Source: Octopus bimaculoides (Eukaryota). From it: a stretch of 64,000 nt of DNA. The notes below the pieces were generated by a model. It was given only the letters and a program-made list of their open reading frames with translations, had not been told where the DNA came from and searched no databases. Below, piece by piece: positions 12,925 to 25,413 of this stretch (positions within the stretch are counted from its first letter, which is position 1; each line of letters opens with the position of its first letter). The stretch is from assembly GCF_001194135.2 (NCBI RefSeq), contig NC_068981.1, forward strand, positions 71,570,360 through 71,634,359. Direction: 5' to 3'. Made by a program: the position numbers and the translations under genes.

Positions 12925-13270
12925 CGTAAGCTCGCAAGGAATGAAGCCAGTATGCTCCGTTGGATGTGTAATGTCAATGTGAATACCCATCAGAGTGTAA
13001 GTATCTTGAGAGAAAAGCTGAACATTAGAAGCATAAGTTGTGGCGTGCAAGAGAGACGATTGCGCTGGTATGGACATGTGGTGAGAATGGATGAGGATAG
13101 CTGCGTGAAAAAGTGCCACACCCTAACAGTTGAGGGAACCCGTGGAAGAGGTAGGCCCAGGAAGACCTGGGCTGAGGTGGTGAAGTAAGACCTTCGTACA
13201 TTGGGCCTCACCGAGGCGATGACTACTGACCGAGACCTTTGGAAATGTGCTGTGCGTGAGAAGACCCGGC
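12925..13270 (+). mobile_element. RTE-clade LINE ORF C-terminal fragment (pseudogenic), continuing into an 869-N gap
   Basis: Translation ASMLRWMCNV...LREKL.IRSI.CGVQERRLRWYGHVVRMDEDSCVKKC...VEGTRGRGRPRKTW is the typical post-RT RTE motif (RLRWxGHVxR, GxRxRGRPxKxW). One in-frame stop. Confidence 0.9.
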
Positions 13271-14139
13271 NNNNNNNNNNNNNNNNNNNNNNNNNNNNNN
13301 NNNNNNNNNNNNNNNNNNNNNNNNNNNNNNNNNNNNNNNNNNNNNNNNNNNNNNNNNNNNNNNNNNNNNNNNNNNNNNNNNNNNNNNNNNNNNNNNNNNN
13401 NNNNNNNNNNNNNNNNNNNNNNNNNNNNNNNNNNNNNNNNNNNNNNNNNNNNNNNNNNNNNNNNNNNNNNNNNNNNNNNNNNNNNNNNNNNNNNNNNNNN
13501 NNNNNNNNNNNNNNNNNNNNNNNNNNNNNNNNNNNNNNNNNNNNNNNNNNNNNNNNNNNNNNNNNNNNNNNNNNNNNNNNNNNNNNNNNNNNNNNNNNNN
13601 NNNNNNNNNNNNNNNNNNNNNNNNNNNNNNNNNNNNNNNNNNNNNNNNNNNNNNNNNNNNNNNNNNNNNNNNNNNNNNNNNNNNNNNNNNNNNNNNNNNN
13701 NNNNNNNNNNNNNNNNNNNNNNNNNNNNNNNNNNNNNNNNNNNNNNNNNNNNNNNNNNNNNNNNNNNNNNNNNNNNNNNNNNNNNNNNNNNNNNNNNNNN
13801 NNNNNNNNNNNNNNNNNNNNNNNNNNNNNNNNNNNNNNNNNNNNNNNNNNNNNNNNNNNNNNNNNNNNNNNNNNNNNNNNNNNNNNNNNNNNNNNNNNNN
13901 NNNNNNNNNNNNNNNNNNNNNNNNNNNNNNNNNNNNNNNNNNNNNNNNNNNNNNNNNNNNNNNNNNNNNNNNNNNNNNNNNNNNNNNNNNNNNNNNNNNN
14001 NNNNNNNNNNNNNNNNNNNNNNNNNNNNNNNNNNNNNNNNNNNNNNNNNNNNNNNNNNNNNNNNNNNNNNNNNNNNNNNNNNNNNNNNNNNNNNNNNNNN
14101 NNNNNNNNNNNNNNNNNNNNNNNNNNNNNNNNNNNNNNN
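13271..14139. other. Largest assembly gap (others: 2727-2950, 12524-12533, 17498-17507, 38900-39045, 41785-41875, 54582-54644, 57886-57895, 61446-61545)
   Basis: Runs of N. Confidence 1.
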
Positions 14140-15005
14140 ATTTACTTTGGAGACAGTCCTGTTCTTCATTAAATTTTGAATAGAAGTCTGCTAAATACAG
14201 CAGATGAGTTTTCCTCTTAATCAGCTTATCACAGTGATATAGACAATCTTGTAAAAAAAAAAAAAAATTCTTAAGCTTTATCTTGAGAGCCATTTTACCC
14301 CAGTGTGCAAATATTGGTTTCAAGGCCAGCAGTTTCAAGGAAAGGGCTGACACGATTACATTGACCCCAGCCCTGAAAAGATGAAAGGCAAAGTCAATCC
14401 CGGCAGCATTTGAACTCAGAACTTAAAACAGACAAAATGCTGATAAGCATTTTGCTGCATGTTCTAATGGTTGTGACAGCTTGCCACCTTCCAACATGCA
14501 AATATTAGTGGCCCATTTGAATTTTTTTTATCATCACCATGCTGCATCACAAAATTCCATCAATTAAGTAGATATACTTTAAAGTTATTGACTTATTGCA
14601 TCTATTTTTAGGCTGTCATTCAATATTATGTAGATTGTGAATCTTTTTCTTTCAAAAACCAAAAAAAAGATATAATAATAATAATAAATAAATAAAATAA
14701 ACCTTCTCTAATGCCCAAACATATTCAGGAGAATATTGTATTTCTTCATATACTCCTCCAAATATTGAAAAATTGTTTCACCTTTAGGATCAGTTTTAAC
14801 CCTTTGGCATTCAGGATACTGTCAAATGTAATGCTTATTTATACACCTTGTTTTGAATTAATCATGCATTATTTCATAGTTCAGATTTCAATGATGTGAT
14901 TGTTAATTTTTTAAATTATATTGTAGGGTAGGTGTCCGAGGCTAGATCTGGTTGGTTTGAACATAAAATAGACTATTTTGGCTGGATATTCTACCTAGCT
15001 TTTTT

Positions 15006-15007
<2 letters not shown>

Positions 15008-15047
<40 letters not shown>
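15008..15047. repeat. Poly(T) tract (a second, about 50 nt, at 28999-29050)
   Basis: Directly visible. Confidence 0.9.
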
Positions 15048-15050
<3 letters not shown>

Positions 15051-16379
15051 AACTAAAACTGCTCTCATAAACTGTATGTTTTGTCTTGAAGTGAATGTGT
15101 AAGATAAAGGTATACAGTGGTTTATTACAACTGTGTATCTTGAGTAGTTTTAAGAACGAAATAGCATCAATAAGTGGAGAACATATCAACAATTAAAAGC
15201 AGTTAGTTGTGTTTACCAGTTTAACTTTTAAGTGGAAACAGCATTGCTCATCTGATAAGCAACAATTTAATTCAGTGTTATGACAGCACTTCCTATTTAT
15301 AGGAGGGTGAGTGATTTCATGATAGAAATTGTGTCCTAACTTTTCATATTTAATCAAAATCTTATCAGGTTACATAATATACTAAATATTTCCTGTTACA
15401 AGTCATTGTCTTTACTATAATATGAAAATAATAATTTCAAAATAATTCAATTTGAGGTATGTGACGGCGGCTTCAATAACAGTTTACTAGATTATAGTAA
15501 TTAGTTTTTGTGATTGATTTTTTTTTTTCGCATTAAGTTTTGTGATCAAATCTTACCAGGGTCAAGTTTTCATTCACCCAGTACCACAACAACAGTAACA
15601 TTTTCTCTACTAAAGTGGGTACTACTAGCCTTGCAGACACCATAACAATAATTACATCATAGCTCCCTTTTTGAAGCAGTGTTTTATGACCAGATACCCT
15701 TTCTGTTGCTATCCCTTTTATTCACCTCTAGTAACATATAGAGATAAAGTATAGCTATTCTAAAACTGGGATACGTACAGTCAAAAGTTAATATCTGTAC
15801 TTATTTTATCAGTAACATACAGTTATTAATCTGATTAGTAATATTGGCTTCAAATTTTAGCACAAAGCCAAAAATTTTGTGGAAGGAGCTAAGTTGATTT
15901 TATTGACTCCCAGTGCTCAACTAGTACTTATTTTATTGACACTGTAAGGATGAAAGGCAAAGTTGACCTCAGTGGAATTTGAAATCAGAACATAAAGATG
16001 AACAAGATGCTAAACTTTGCTTGGCATGCTAACAATTCTGCCAGCTCGCCACCCTAATTTAATCAGTAATATTACTGGTTACTCTAAAAGAAACTTGGAA
16101 CTGAAGAAACTAGTATAATAACTAGCTTGGACATTAATCTAATTTTCATTTATTATTGTTATATTCTGGTGCCTTGGCATTGTGCTAATTAAAAATCCTA
16201 TCAAACAAACTGGAAAACAAATGGCAAAGGTTCTGGATATTTCCAATTAAGTTGAACACTATATCAAGTCAGACTGTAACTAGATTATTTATCAAAGTTA
16301 AATGGCAATGGTAAGATTCTGAGAGTAAAATAATTTACATTACTGATTGCTTTTTCAGTTTCTTATTTTTGAAAGAGGG

Positions 16380-19300
16380 AAAATAAACTAATAAGGAATA
16401 TGTGCACTTTACTCTTACAAATTTAGAATTTTATCAGCTTTTGAATTCTTTATAGCCTACCACAAATCTGGTGCCATAACAATTCCAATTTCATTAAGAT
16501 CATTTATATTTCTTCCAACATATCCATTAGTCATCAACTCCATTTAAAGACATTGGTCAGAATTCCTTACTTCTGACTTATACTAACAGACCCATTGCCA
16601 GGTAACTAAGTTTAATCTTTTCCTTCTTAATTTGAATATTAAGTTGGTGTAATTCATAAGTGAATTTATCTTGCTTCTTTTGCAAATTTTCCCAAAGTCC
16701 ATATATCAACTGATAACATTTATTGAATTGTGATATTACCTAGCTATTGATTTATGATTCTCTGCTACAGTGATTTCTAATAATAAAAGTCAATAATCCA
16801 AATATTCATTTACTGGGCTTTCTCCCAAAATGAAAAAGAAACAGTAATGTATTTAATACTTCTTGACCAAGAAACTATATTACATCTCAGTTCTGCACAT
16901 TTCCTTTTGGGATTTGTCCTGTAATATACCTAGAATCAATAAAATAACTATATTGATGAATTAAGTATTTAATGACACCCTTTGTATCTCAGAAAGAGTT
17001 TCTTGGGCCATGACTGCCGAGGACATGCGTAAGCTTGCAAGGAAAGAAGCCAGTATGCTCTGCTGGATGTGTAATGTCAGTGTGCACACCTGACAGAGCG
17101 TAACTGCCTTGAGAAAAAAGTTGGACCTAAGAAGGATCAGATGTGGTGTGCAAGAGAGACGACTGCGCTGGTATGGTCATGTGGTGAGAGTGGATGAGGA
17201 TAGCTGTGTGCAAAAGTGCCACACCCTAGCGGTTGAGGGAACATGTGGAAGAGGTAGACCCAGGAAGACCTGGGATGTGGTGGTGAAGCACGACCTACGA
17301 ACATTAGGCCTCAACAAGGCAATGACTAGTGACCAAGACCTTTGGAAATATGCTGTACTTGAAGGCCCGGCAAGCCAAGTGAGACCAGGTGTGTAACCAG
17401 CCCACTTTTGTGTACCTTTCCTTCATTGGACACTAAACTCTGCTTGCGAAAACCTGTCGAGGCAAGTGAAATCGAAATCAAATTTGATGACTGGCATNNN
17501 NNNNNNNGTCGCCTTACTGACACTTGTGCCAGTGGCATATGAAAAATATTCAAGCAAGGTCGTTGCCAGTGCCGCTGGACTGGCTCCTGTGCAGGTGACA
17601 TGTAAAAAAAAGCACCATTTGAGTGTGGCCGTTGGCAGTACCGCCTGACTGGCCCTCGTGCTGGTGGCACGTAAAAGCACCCACTACACTCTCGGAGTGG
17701 TTGTCGTTAGGAAGGGCATCCAGCTGTAGAAACTCTACCAGATCAAATTGAAGCCTGGTACAGCCATCTGGTTCACCCGTCCTCAGTCAAATCGTCCAAC
17801 CCATGCCAGCATAGAAAGCGGACATTAAACGATGATGATGATGATGTTAGAAATGATGAAGTTTTGAATTTTTTATGGTGTTGTCAAGGAGAAAGGGCAG
17901 CACTTATGACAGTTTTCAAGACCTCAAAGACCTGACCCCAAATAAATGCAACTGAATACTCCATTAACTTGTGGTGTTAAAAAAAAAAAAGACATCCTCC
18001 AGATTTGCCGTCTCACTCACATATATGTAAAGCCTAGCAAATTTAAGTTTCTCATCTTTTTAGGATAAATAGCAATGAGTACTTGTGATATACAGGGGTA
18101 TATCTAAATTAGCTTGCTATTAACTAATATTTCAGTTTTTATTATGTCTGTCATCACGCTTCTTTCTTCTCTTCAAGATTTCATTTTCTTTTTCTCTTCT
18201 GGATTGATAAGAATTCAGCCATCTATATATACGAAACTTTCATAAATTTAGCCCTAGACTCTTTTTGTATGTTAAAAAGTGGATCAATCTCTAATAGAAT
18301 CTGAAGTGCTTTAATAGAGAACTTTATCTGGATTTCTTTTCATGTTTTATACAATATGAAAATACCTAACCCATTGCTTATTGGACATTAGAACATGGGC
18401 CTTTGTTAGAATTCTTCTTTTGGTCATAATGCAAATTAGAATTTTTTGTTGTTTCAAGTATTCTTTCATCTTTCTCGGAAGACACAATTTCTATGGCTTC
18501 ATATCCTAAAATAAATCCAGACTATACCTTTTAATCGTCTCCATCATGTACTAGCTTGTCTGTCTCTTTTCTATTGCCTTTATTACATCAAACTTTAGTT
18601 TAACCCTTTAGTATTTAAACTAGTCATAGTCAACCTATTCTACGTTCAAACTGACCCAATCTCACTCCTCACACCTACCCTACAATGTCATTCTAGAAAT
18701 ATACAATCACATCACCAAAATCTCAAAGCTACAAGATAATGCATGATTAGCTGAAAATTCCTTCACTCATCTTCATACTCAACAAACATTCTTCAGGAAA
18801 CTTAATTTCTTCTCTCCTCCATTTAAGCACTACTGAGTGACTGTCTATATCAATATTATAATATTTATTAAACAGTTTGTCATAGTGACCCTTCTGCACT
18901 GCTGTCTTTTTAATGTCACCGAAAACTAATACACCATAAATAGTTGCCAACATATATTTTAATGCTTACCTGGTTTAACTGACACATTGTCCTGCATTTC
19001 AAAACCTGTCATAGAATATATTTGTAAAACTCCTGTTCTTTGTGTCTTTGCTGGCTAATTGAGCTTCTTGTTAATTTTTTCTCCAGTTTTAAAGATACTG
19101 TTTGTTATAACTTCCTTTCTTTTCATGCCATCTAAGCCTGTTTTGTCCCTATTTGATATGTCTAAGCATTTATGCCATCCAAGGATTATATATAAATCAT
19201 TTATATATCTGGTTCACAGCGAAATTGATTTGCCTCTTGATTGATAATTAACCCATTTATAAACTAGTTTTCTAATGAGTGTGTATAACATTTGATATGA

Positions 19301-19620
19301 AGTAATTTGCATAAGGGACTAGCTGGAGCTATTTATTCTCTTTGTTCTTATTACTGTATCCATTGCCTTCATGCATGCCATTATCTGTCCTATAAAAATA
19401 ATTGCTCAGTTATCAAGGACACTCATTTCTATGTCTTGTAAAGCCCTTCTCATTTACCTAATACTTGTGTTGTACATGTGAAGAACTATTTCTCAGAACC
19501 CTGCACTAAATATTTCAATACAGCCCTTCTTTCCCAAGACTATACTTCTGGAATTCCCACTCTGCCAATATTTTTTCTCACATTTACTGATCTACAGATA
19601 TTCTGGGAAGACCCAGACTG
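16380..19620 (-). mobile_element. Ancient CR1/L2-like LINE remnant, interrupted by an RTE copy and a MITE
   Basis: Stop-riddled minus-strand frames give PWMA*MLRHIK...W (inter-domain PW motif, near 19170), DKLFNKYYNI, and YMDFGKI (RT DFxKAFD-like, near 16690). By-eye similarity only. Confidence 0.35.
17005..17846 (+). mobile_element. 5'-truncated RTE LINE: ORF end, 3'UTR with tandem hairpin modules, and (GAT)n tail
   Basis: AMTAEDMRKLARKEASMLCWMCNV...RRLRWYGHVVRVDEDSCVQKC...GRGRPRKTW; ends gacattaaacgatgatgatgatgatg. Confidence 0.9.
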
Positions 19621-21049
19621 GTTTCCATCTCTTCCAATTATCTTATTTTTCAAAAGAAATAATAGATGAATGGTAACAGTTTATGCTAATTGGATGCAAA
19701 CTAAGAAACAAAGTTATGTACTTTGCTAAGGAGTGCAACAATGGTTAAAAGTTCAGATTTAAATTTATAACCCTGTCATCAGTAGTTCTTTATCATCTCA
19801 TAGCCATTAGATTCCTTTATTCACCTTTGCTATATTGATTCAATCCATCTCTTTACTAAAAGTCTGTCAACTAACATTGTCAACTGTTAAGAACATATAC
19901 ATTTTTCTGTGGTCATTTTGTTGGGTTTAACTTTTCACCTGATGTCCTGCATGTAACACGTCATGTTATTACTTATCCTTCAGCCAGTCTACATCCTAGA
20001 TGTTCTGTGAGGTTAAAAGTGAGTTGGCATTGAAAAGGTGACCGTATGTGCTCACAACTACTTAGAAACCTAAAACAACAAAAGCATGGTACATGTTACC
20101 GAGTTACACTCATTTGCAAGAGACAGCTGGCTTTACTGTACTATTTTCTTAGCTATACAGGCTGTTCATAAATTACTTCTACAACTACCACAATTTATTG
20201 TATCTGTTAAAATTGGGATCCATTGATGAATTTTTATTAGAAACATCAAAACACATGAAAGTGTTCAGATGTTTCTAATAAAACTTTGTTTGCCTGTTTT
20301 CAATAAGCTCTACTGAGTTATCCTTATTTATCATTTTTATCTGAATTTTTCAAATTGTAAAGATAATTTATGGACACTTTGTATTTTTTTTTATACTGGC
20401 TAACTCGAACCAGCTATATACATTAAGGCTTTGTTAATATAATTTAATCCTTTCCTTCTTTCAATTAGTCATACAACATTTATCAATATTTATAATACAG
20501 CAAGTATATTGAAATGAAAGAATACTTAACTTGAAAAATCTTCATAAAGCATGAAGAATGTTAATAGGGCACCAATATTTCAAAGATTATAATAATACAA
20601 AATAAATAGCAATTTTATTTGGAATACAGTTGCTGGTGCTACTAGATACACTTCATTAGCTTTTCCAAGTCATCATCTTTATATCTCATTTATAAAAGAA
20701 ACATTTGTAGGTAGCTTAAGGGAACACAGTGACATCCAATACATATGCACACATGCATAATTGGTATAAGAGGCTGATTGTTTAGATAAAAAAAAATAGT
20801 GTTAATGTAATCAGAATTGATATTCAGTATTGGAAGTACATGGTTTTATACAGGTGATTCATTCATTCAGAAAAGTTGTATCCCATGTTTAAATTTATTT
20901 TATTTTATGTTATTGTTAATGGAAATCATCAAAATTTACAATATTTAAAAGGGGGAGACAGACAGACAACCAGACACAGGAAACAAATGAATGGTGGATA
21001 GGATGGCAAATGAATAAAACCTGTAACAAGTTTTAATTACAACTTTTAG

Positions 21050-21084
<35 letters not shown>

Positions 21085-21088
<4 letters not shown>

Positions 21089-21245
21089 CATGGTTGTGTG
21101 GTGAGAAGTTTGCTTCCCAACCACATAGTTCTTGGTTCAGTTCCACTGTGGGGCACCTTGAGCAAGAGTCTTCTGCTATAGCCTTGAACCGACCAAAGTC
21201 GTGAATAGATTTGGTACGCAGAAACCCGTACACAGAAAGAAACCC

Positions 21246-21246
<1 letters not shown>
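21085..21246 (+). mobile_element. SINE family B, 5' half (a matching 3' half lies at about 21675-21900)
   Basis: catggttgtgtggtgagaagtttgcttcccaaccacatag...gaaagaaaccc followed by (TG)n; the 3' half starts caccatcacttgacaacc and ends gactgaagcaagtaaaagata. Confidence 0.8.
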
Positions 21247-21287
<41 letters not shown>

Positions 21288-21503
21288 CACAATTATGTTG
21301 ATGCAGACAGGAAAAATAGAACTCAAAATATGGATATATGTATATTTTTATTAATATTTAGCAGAAGTTACAGAGTGATAAAAGGTCTGAGAACTTTGTG
21401 TTGGCACTTACATATTTTGTCAGTAAATTATAAATCTGAAAGAGAAGCACACTGTAAGTTATAGAGCAGTAGAGTATTTAAAGGTAGCTATGGCCAGTTC
21501 ATA

Positions 21504-21634
21504 GGGTTAGCCAGGATTTCGCATCCATAAAGCACTTAATTTTACATACTTCTCATCAGGCCCACCAGCCATTAGGGTTTGATGAGGTGTGTGTAAAGCT
21601 AAGCGTTTTATGAATACGAAACCCTGGGTAACCC
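21504..21634. ncRNA. Inverted pair of degenerate minimal hammerhead ribozyme motifs (one per strand)
   Basis: The 60-bp arms 21504-21563 and 21575-21634 are imperfect inverse copies. Plus arm: stem I GGGT/ACCC, core (T)TGATGA, hairpin stem II, GAAA, stem III CCC-T-GGG, cleavage triplet GTA. Minus arm: intact CTGATGA...GAAA with damaged stems. Confidence 0.6.
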
Positions 21635-24600
21635 CAAGAACCAGCAACACTATCTTTCTCTAAATATATGTATGTATCTGTGTGAGTGTCTCTGTGCCTG
21701 TATTTATCTCTCACCATCACTTGACAACCAGTGTTGGTGTGTTTACATCCCTGTAACTTAGCAGCTCAACAAAAGAGACAAGTAGAATAAGTAAAAGGCT
21801 TAAAAAATATATAGGTACTGGTGTCAATTCATTAACTAAAATTCTTCAAGGTAGTGCTCCAGCATGGTTGCTGTCCAGTGACTGAAGCAAGTAAAAGATA
21901 AAGATATATGCTATATACTCGACTCATTCATGGTGGGGCACTTTTTGTTTTTCTTTGAAAGATCAAAGTAGGGCATAGGACAGCAAAGGTCAAGAAACAG
22001 TGATATAGAATATGGAATATGAGTGAGTAAAGTACATGAAGTTAAGGTGGGATTTCAGTGTGTCATTTTGAAGATTCTCTGAGATAAAAAGAAGTATAAC
22101 AATGAAGCGTTTGATGGAAGTGACAAATATATATCTGATGTTGAAATTTAAGGGTACTCAAGTTAGGCACTTGTAGGAAAGAACAAACTCAAAGACAACC
22201 AAATTACTTCATATGTTTTCAAAGATTTCATCTACTTTTAACACTCTCCCTCCCTCCCATTCACCTCTGGCTTTTTTTCTTTTTTTTTTTTTTTGCCTTC
22301 CACCCTTACCTCTTCCTTTTCTCTTTTTTTGCTCTCCCTCAGTCTCATCACTTTTCACCTCTTTTCTTCCCCTTTCCTTCCTGTGACTAAATTAGCAAAA
22401 TTGAGTGTGTGACTCAACATTTGTCGATGAAATGGAAAATATGAAGGAATGATAAGACAGTTGAAATAATTAAAAAAAAAAAAACTAAGGAACAAGCGAA
22501 AAGAAAGAAGCAATTTTATTAACCTTGTTCAATGTTTACCACCAGAGAAATATACTTTCAAAAAAAAAAGAAAAAAAATTAAGGTATATGAAAAGAGGTT
22601 GATGTTAGAATAAAGCTAGTGACAAGTGTTGCATATTTATAGAAGCCCTTAATATGACTAACCTGGCTTCTTTATTAAGTGATTGATGACAAGAAGTAGA
22701 GAAAGCAACAAGCTTCAATGTTTCTTTGATTTTTGTTTTTATTCCTCCTCATAAAAGTATAACTGGTAAATTCTCTTTTTATCAGAATGACAGCAATATT
22801 TGGCGGGTTGGGAAAAGGGAGCTAGGCAACGTTGAGGAAACAGATTTTTTTTTATTTCTTTCTATTTTACATCTCAAGAATAAAAGAATAAGATCTTCCC
22901 CAAAAGAAAAGACATTCAACTAACTAAAAGGAGCTTCTTAAAGTAAGGTTTTTAGTGAAAGAATGAGAGAATTAGAACGTTTAGAAATTAATATACAAGT
23001 CATTTTGCCTTTATTGTTGTTGTTATTATTATTATTATTATTATTTAGGAGGCAAGCTGGCAGAATCGTTAGCATACCATACCAAGCATTTTTTCTGACT
23101 TAACATTCTGAGTTCAAATGCCATTGATGTCAACTTTCACGTTCACTGAAATAGGTACCAGTTATGTACTGGAGTTGTAATCAACCAGTCCCTTCCCCCA
23201 CTAAATTCCAAGCCTTGTGCCTATAGAAGAAGATATTATCATCATCATTATTATTATCATTTAGATTCTTTCACACACTTCAGTGCAGCCGTAGCTGTGT
23301 GATTAAGAAGTTTGTTTTGCAACTGCATAGTTTCAGGTTCAAGTCACACTGCATAGTACCTTGGGTGAGTGTTTTCTACTGTTGCCTTGGCTTGACTAAT
23401 GGTGTGTGTATGTAGAATTTGGTAAATGTAAATTGCATATATGCTCAATGAGTGTGTGCATGTGCATTTTTGTTTTTATATACCATATAAAACAGTGCAA
23501 ATTTTGTATCTTTTGCATACAAAATAACAGCCATTTGATAAGTAGTGACTGACAAACTAAGTCCGGACTGAAATGAGTACTTGAGTCAACACAGTCAGTT
23601 AAAACTCTTGCTAGCAGTGCCTTGGTATGGCCACAGTCCAATTACAGAAACCATTAAAAGAATAAAAACAGTTAAGTAGACTGTCTAAATAGAACTAGCA
23701 CTATAGAAAACTATAACAGTTGCTCTTCATTCAAGAAAGCTGCCTGAAGAAAAAAAAAACAATGCTGTGATGTTTTAGGGAGTTGATCCATGCAGTTAAG
23801 TATCTCTTTACACTGCAACTAACTTGACACCTCAAGAAAAAGGATTTAATGTTCAAATCTAGCTTGTCAATGAGACAATCTTTGCATGAGGGCTACCTGA
23901 GTCTGGATAAGTTTTGCTTATTTGATTCAAACAAATACAAGCCAAAGGTTGATCTTGATAAACTTTTAGCATGTTGAGTGTGTATAAGATGAAAACTGTT
24001 TACCGTAATAAATAAATTTATTTAGAATAGATGGTACAAACACAGCTTTTAAATAATGTAAGAAATCAAATAACCACATGTCTGGGATCGTTTTGAATAA
24101 CAAGTCAGAGCTAACTAGTCATGAGACAAAATTGTGAAGGTAACAAACGCATGTGCAGTGTTGTGTGTGAAGTTTAGTCAGAGAACATATTCAGTTCATG
24201 GCTTGAAATTACTGTAACAAATTCATAGTAGGTGTCAGCGATGTTGGTAACACAACATTTGTCTTGTAGGCTGTGTGATGATAAAGTTAGTCGTTGAACA
24301 TGTCACCATGATAAAGCAAGAGAATGACTGTGGTCTGAAATCTATTAGGTAGGCATCATTATAACGACAGTAATAAGAAGTTAGCTAGGCAAATATCATT
24401 AGAATGACAGTAACCGCATGTGGTCTGTGGCCTTGGGCAGAAGAGAGGTGTTCGTGCTCCTTGGTGTGGCAATAGTGAGAGAGAGAGAGAGCCCAAAACA
24501 CTGGAATATATAGGTGTCAGCTGCCACGCCACCTGATGGCGTTTTACCATCAAAGGGATGTAACTCAGCTATCTTCGCTACTTGTTGGCATTTGCCAACA

Positions 24601-25413
24601 AAGGGACATAATATTCAGCTATTCTCGCTATGCTACATCATTCCCCTCTGAGACCATTGTTGGTAACTTTCTATAGAATTTGTAGCAGAGCAGGGCAAGG
24701 CAATGGCACAAAAGGTGGAGGAAAGGAAAAAAATGTAAAGATTTTCTTTCTGTCATCACTGGAAAGAAAAATATCTTTCCCAACTTGTTGAGCAGAGAGA
24801 ATGGTCTCTGAGTGGCAGAAAGTTAAAACTGGCATCACCTCGAGCTAAAAGCTGTGCATCACAGACCAAGTGTGCAAAAAGAGGTGTGGAATAGTAGATC
24901 ACAGCATTAAACATGAGAAAAATAGAAAATGTACAAAAAGCAATTGAAAATGCGACAAGAAAACAAAAAAGCAATGTACAATATAAATTCAGTCCATGTA
25001 GAAGCTCAAAATAAGACATGCAAGGGAATGTGCAGAATCTGTATGGATAAATGTGATACAAGGCTGAGGTAGTGTGCAGGATGTGCCAGCTGGTGCAAAG
25101 TTGAGGTAGTGTACAGGATGTGCTGGACATGACAGTTGGTGCAAAGCTGAAGTAGTGTGCAGGGCTGCAGAATATGCCAGGGGGTTTGACAACACAAAAC
25201 ATACATGAAAATGCAAAAACAGGAGCAAAGTTCTGACTCACAGAACGTCTGACATGCAAACATGATAACAACTGTCCAGGGAACTGGAAATCACAGGATG
25301 CAAAAGTCAGTGTTTTGAGTCTGCAAGAGCAGTAGGTTGCTTGCAGAAGATGTTGGCTCCTACGACATAAGCAGTGAGAAAGCAACTAAAATCATAGAAT
25401 GTGGTGTATGTGT

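Noticed and set aside
2619-14353. Long ORF-track entries containing X runs (also 38793-39107, 41490-41963, 61390-61662)
   Set aside because: They are open only because they cross N gaps.
18970-19005. Minus-strand 36-nt exon-like segment (gacag|...ccag|gtaagc, GFEMQDNVSVKP)
   Set aside because: It lies in decayed LINE-like sequence and no partner exons were found; such sites arise by chance in 64 kb.
24529-24541. CCACCTGATGGCG resembling a CTCF site
   Set aside because: Mismatch at the conserved A of the AG core, and located in a probable TE remnant.
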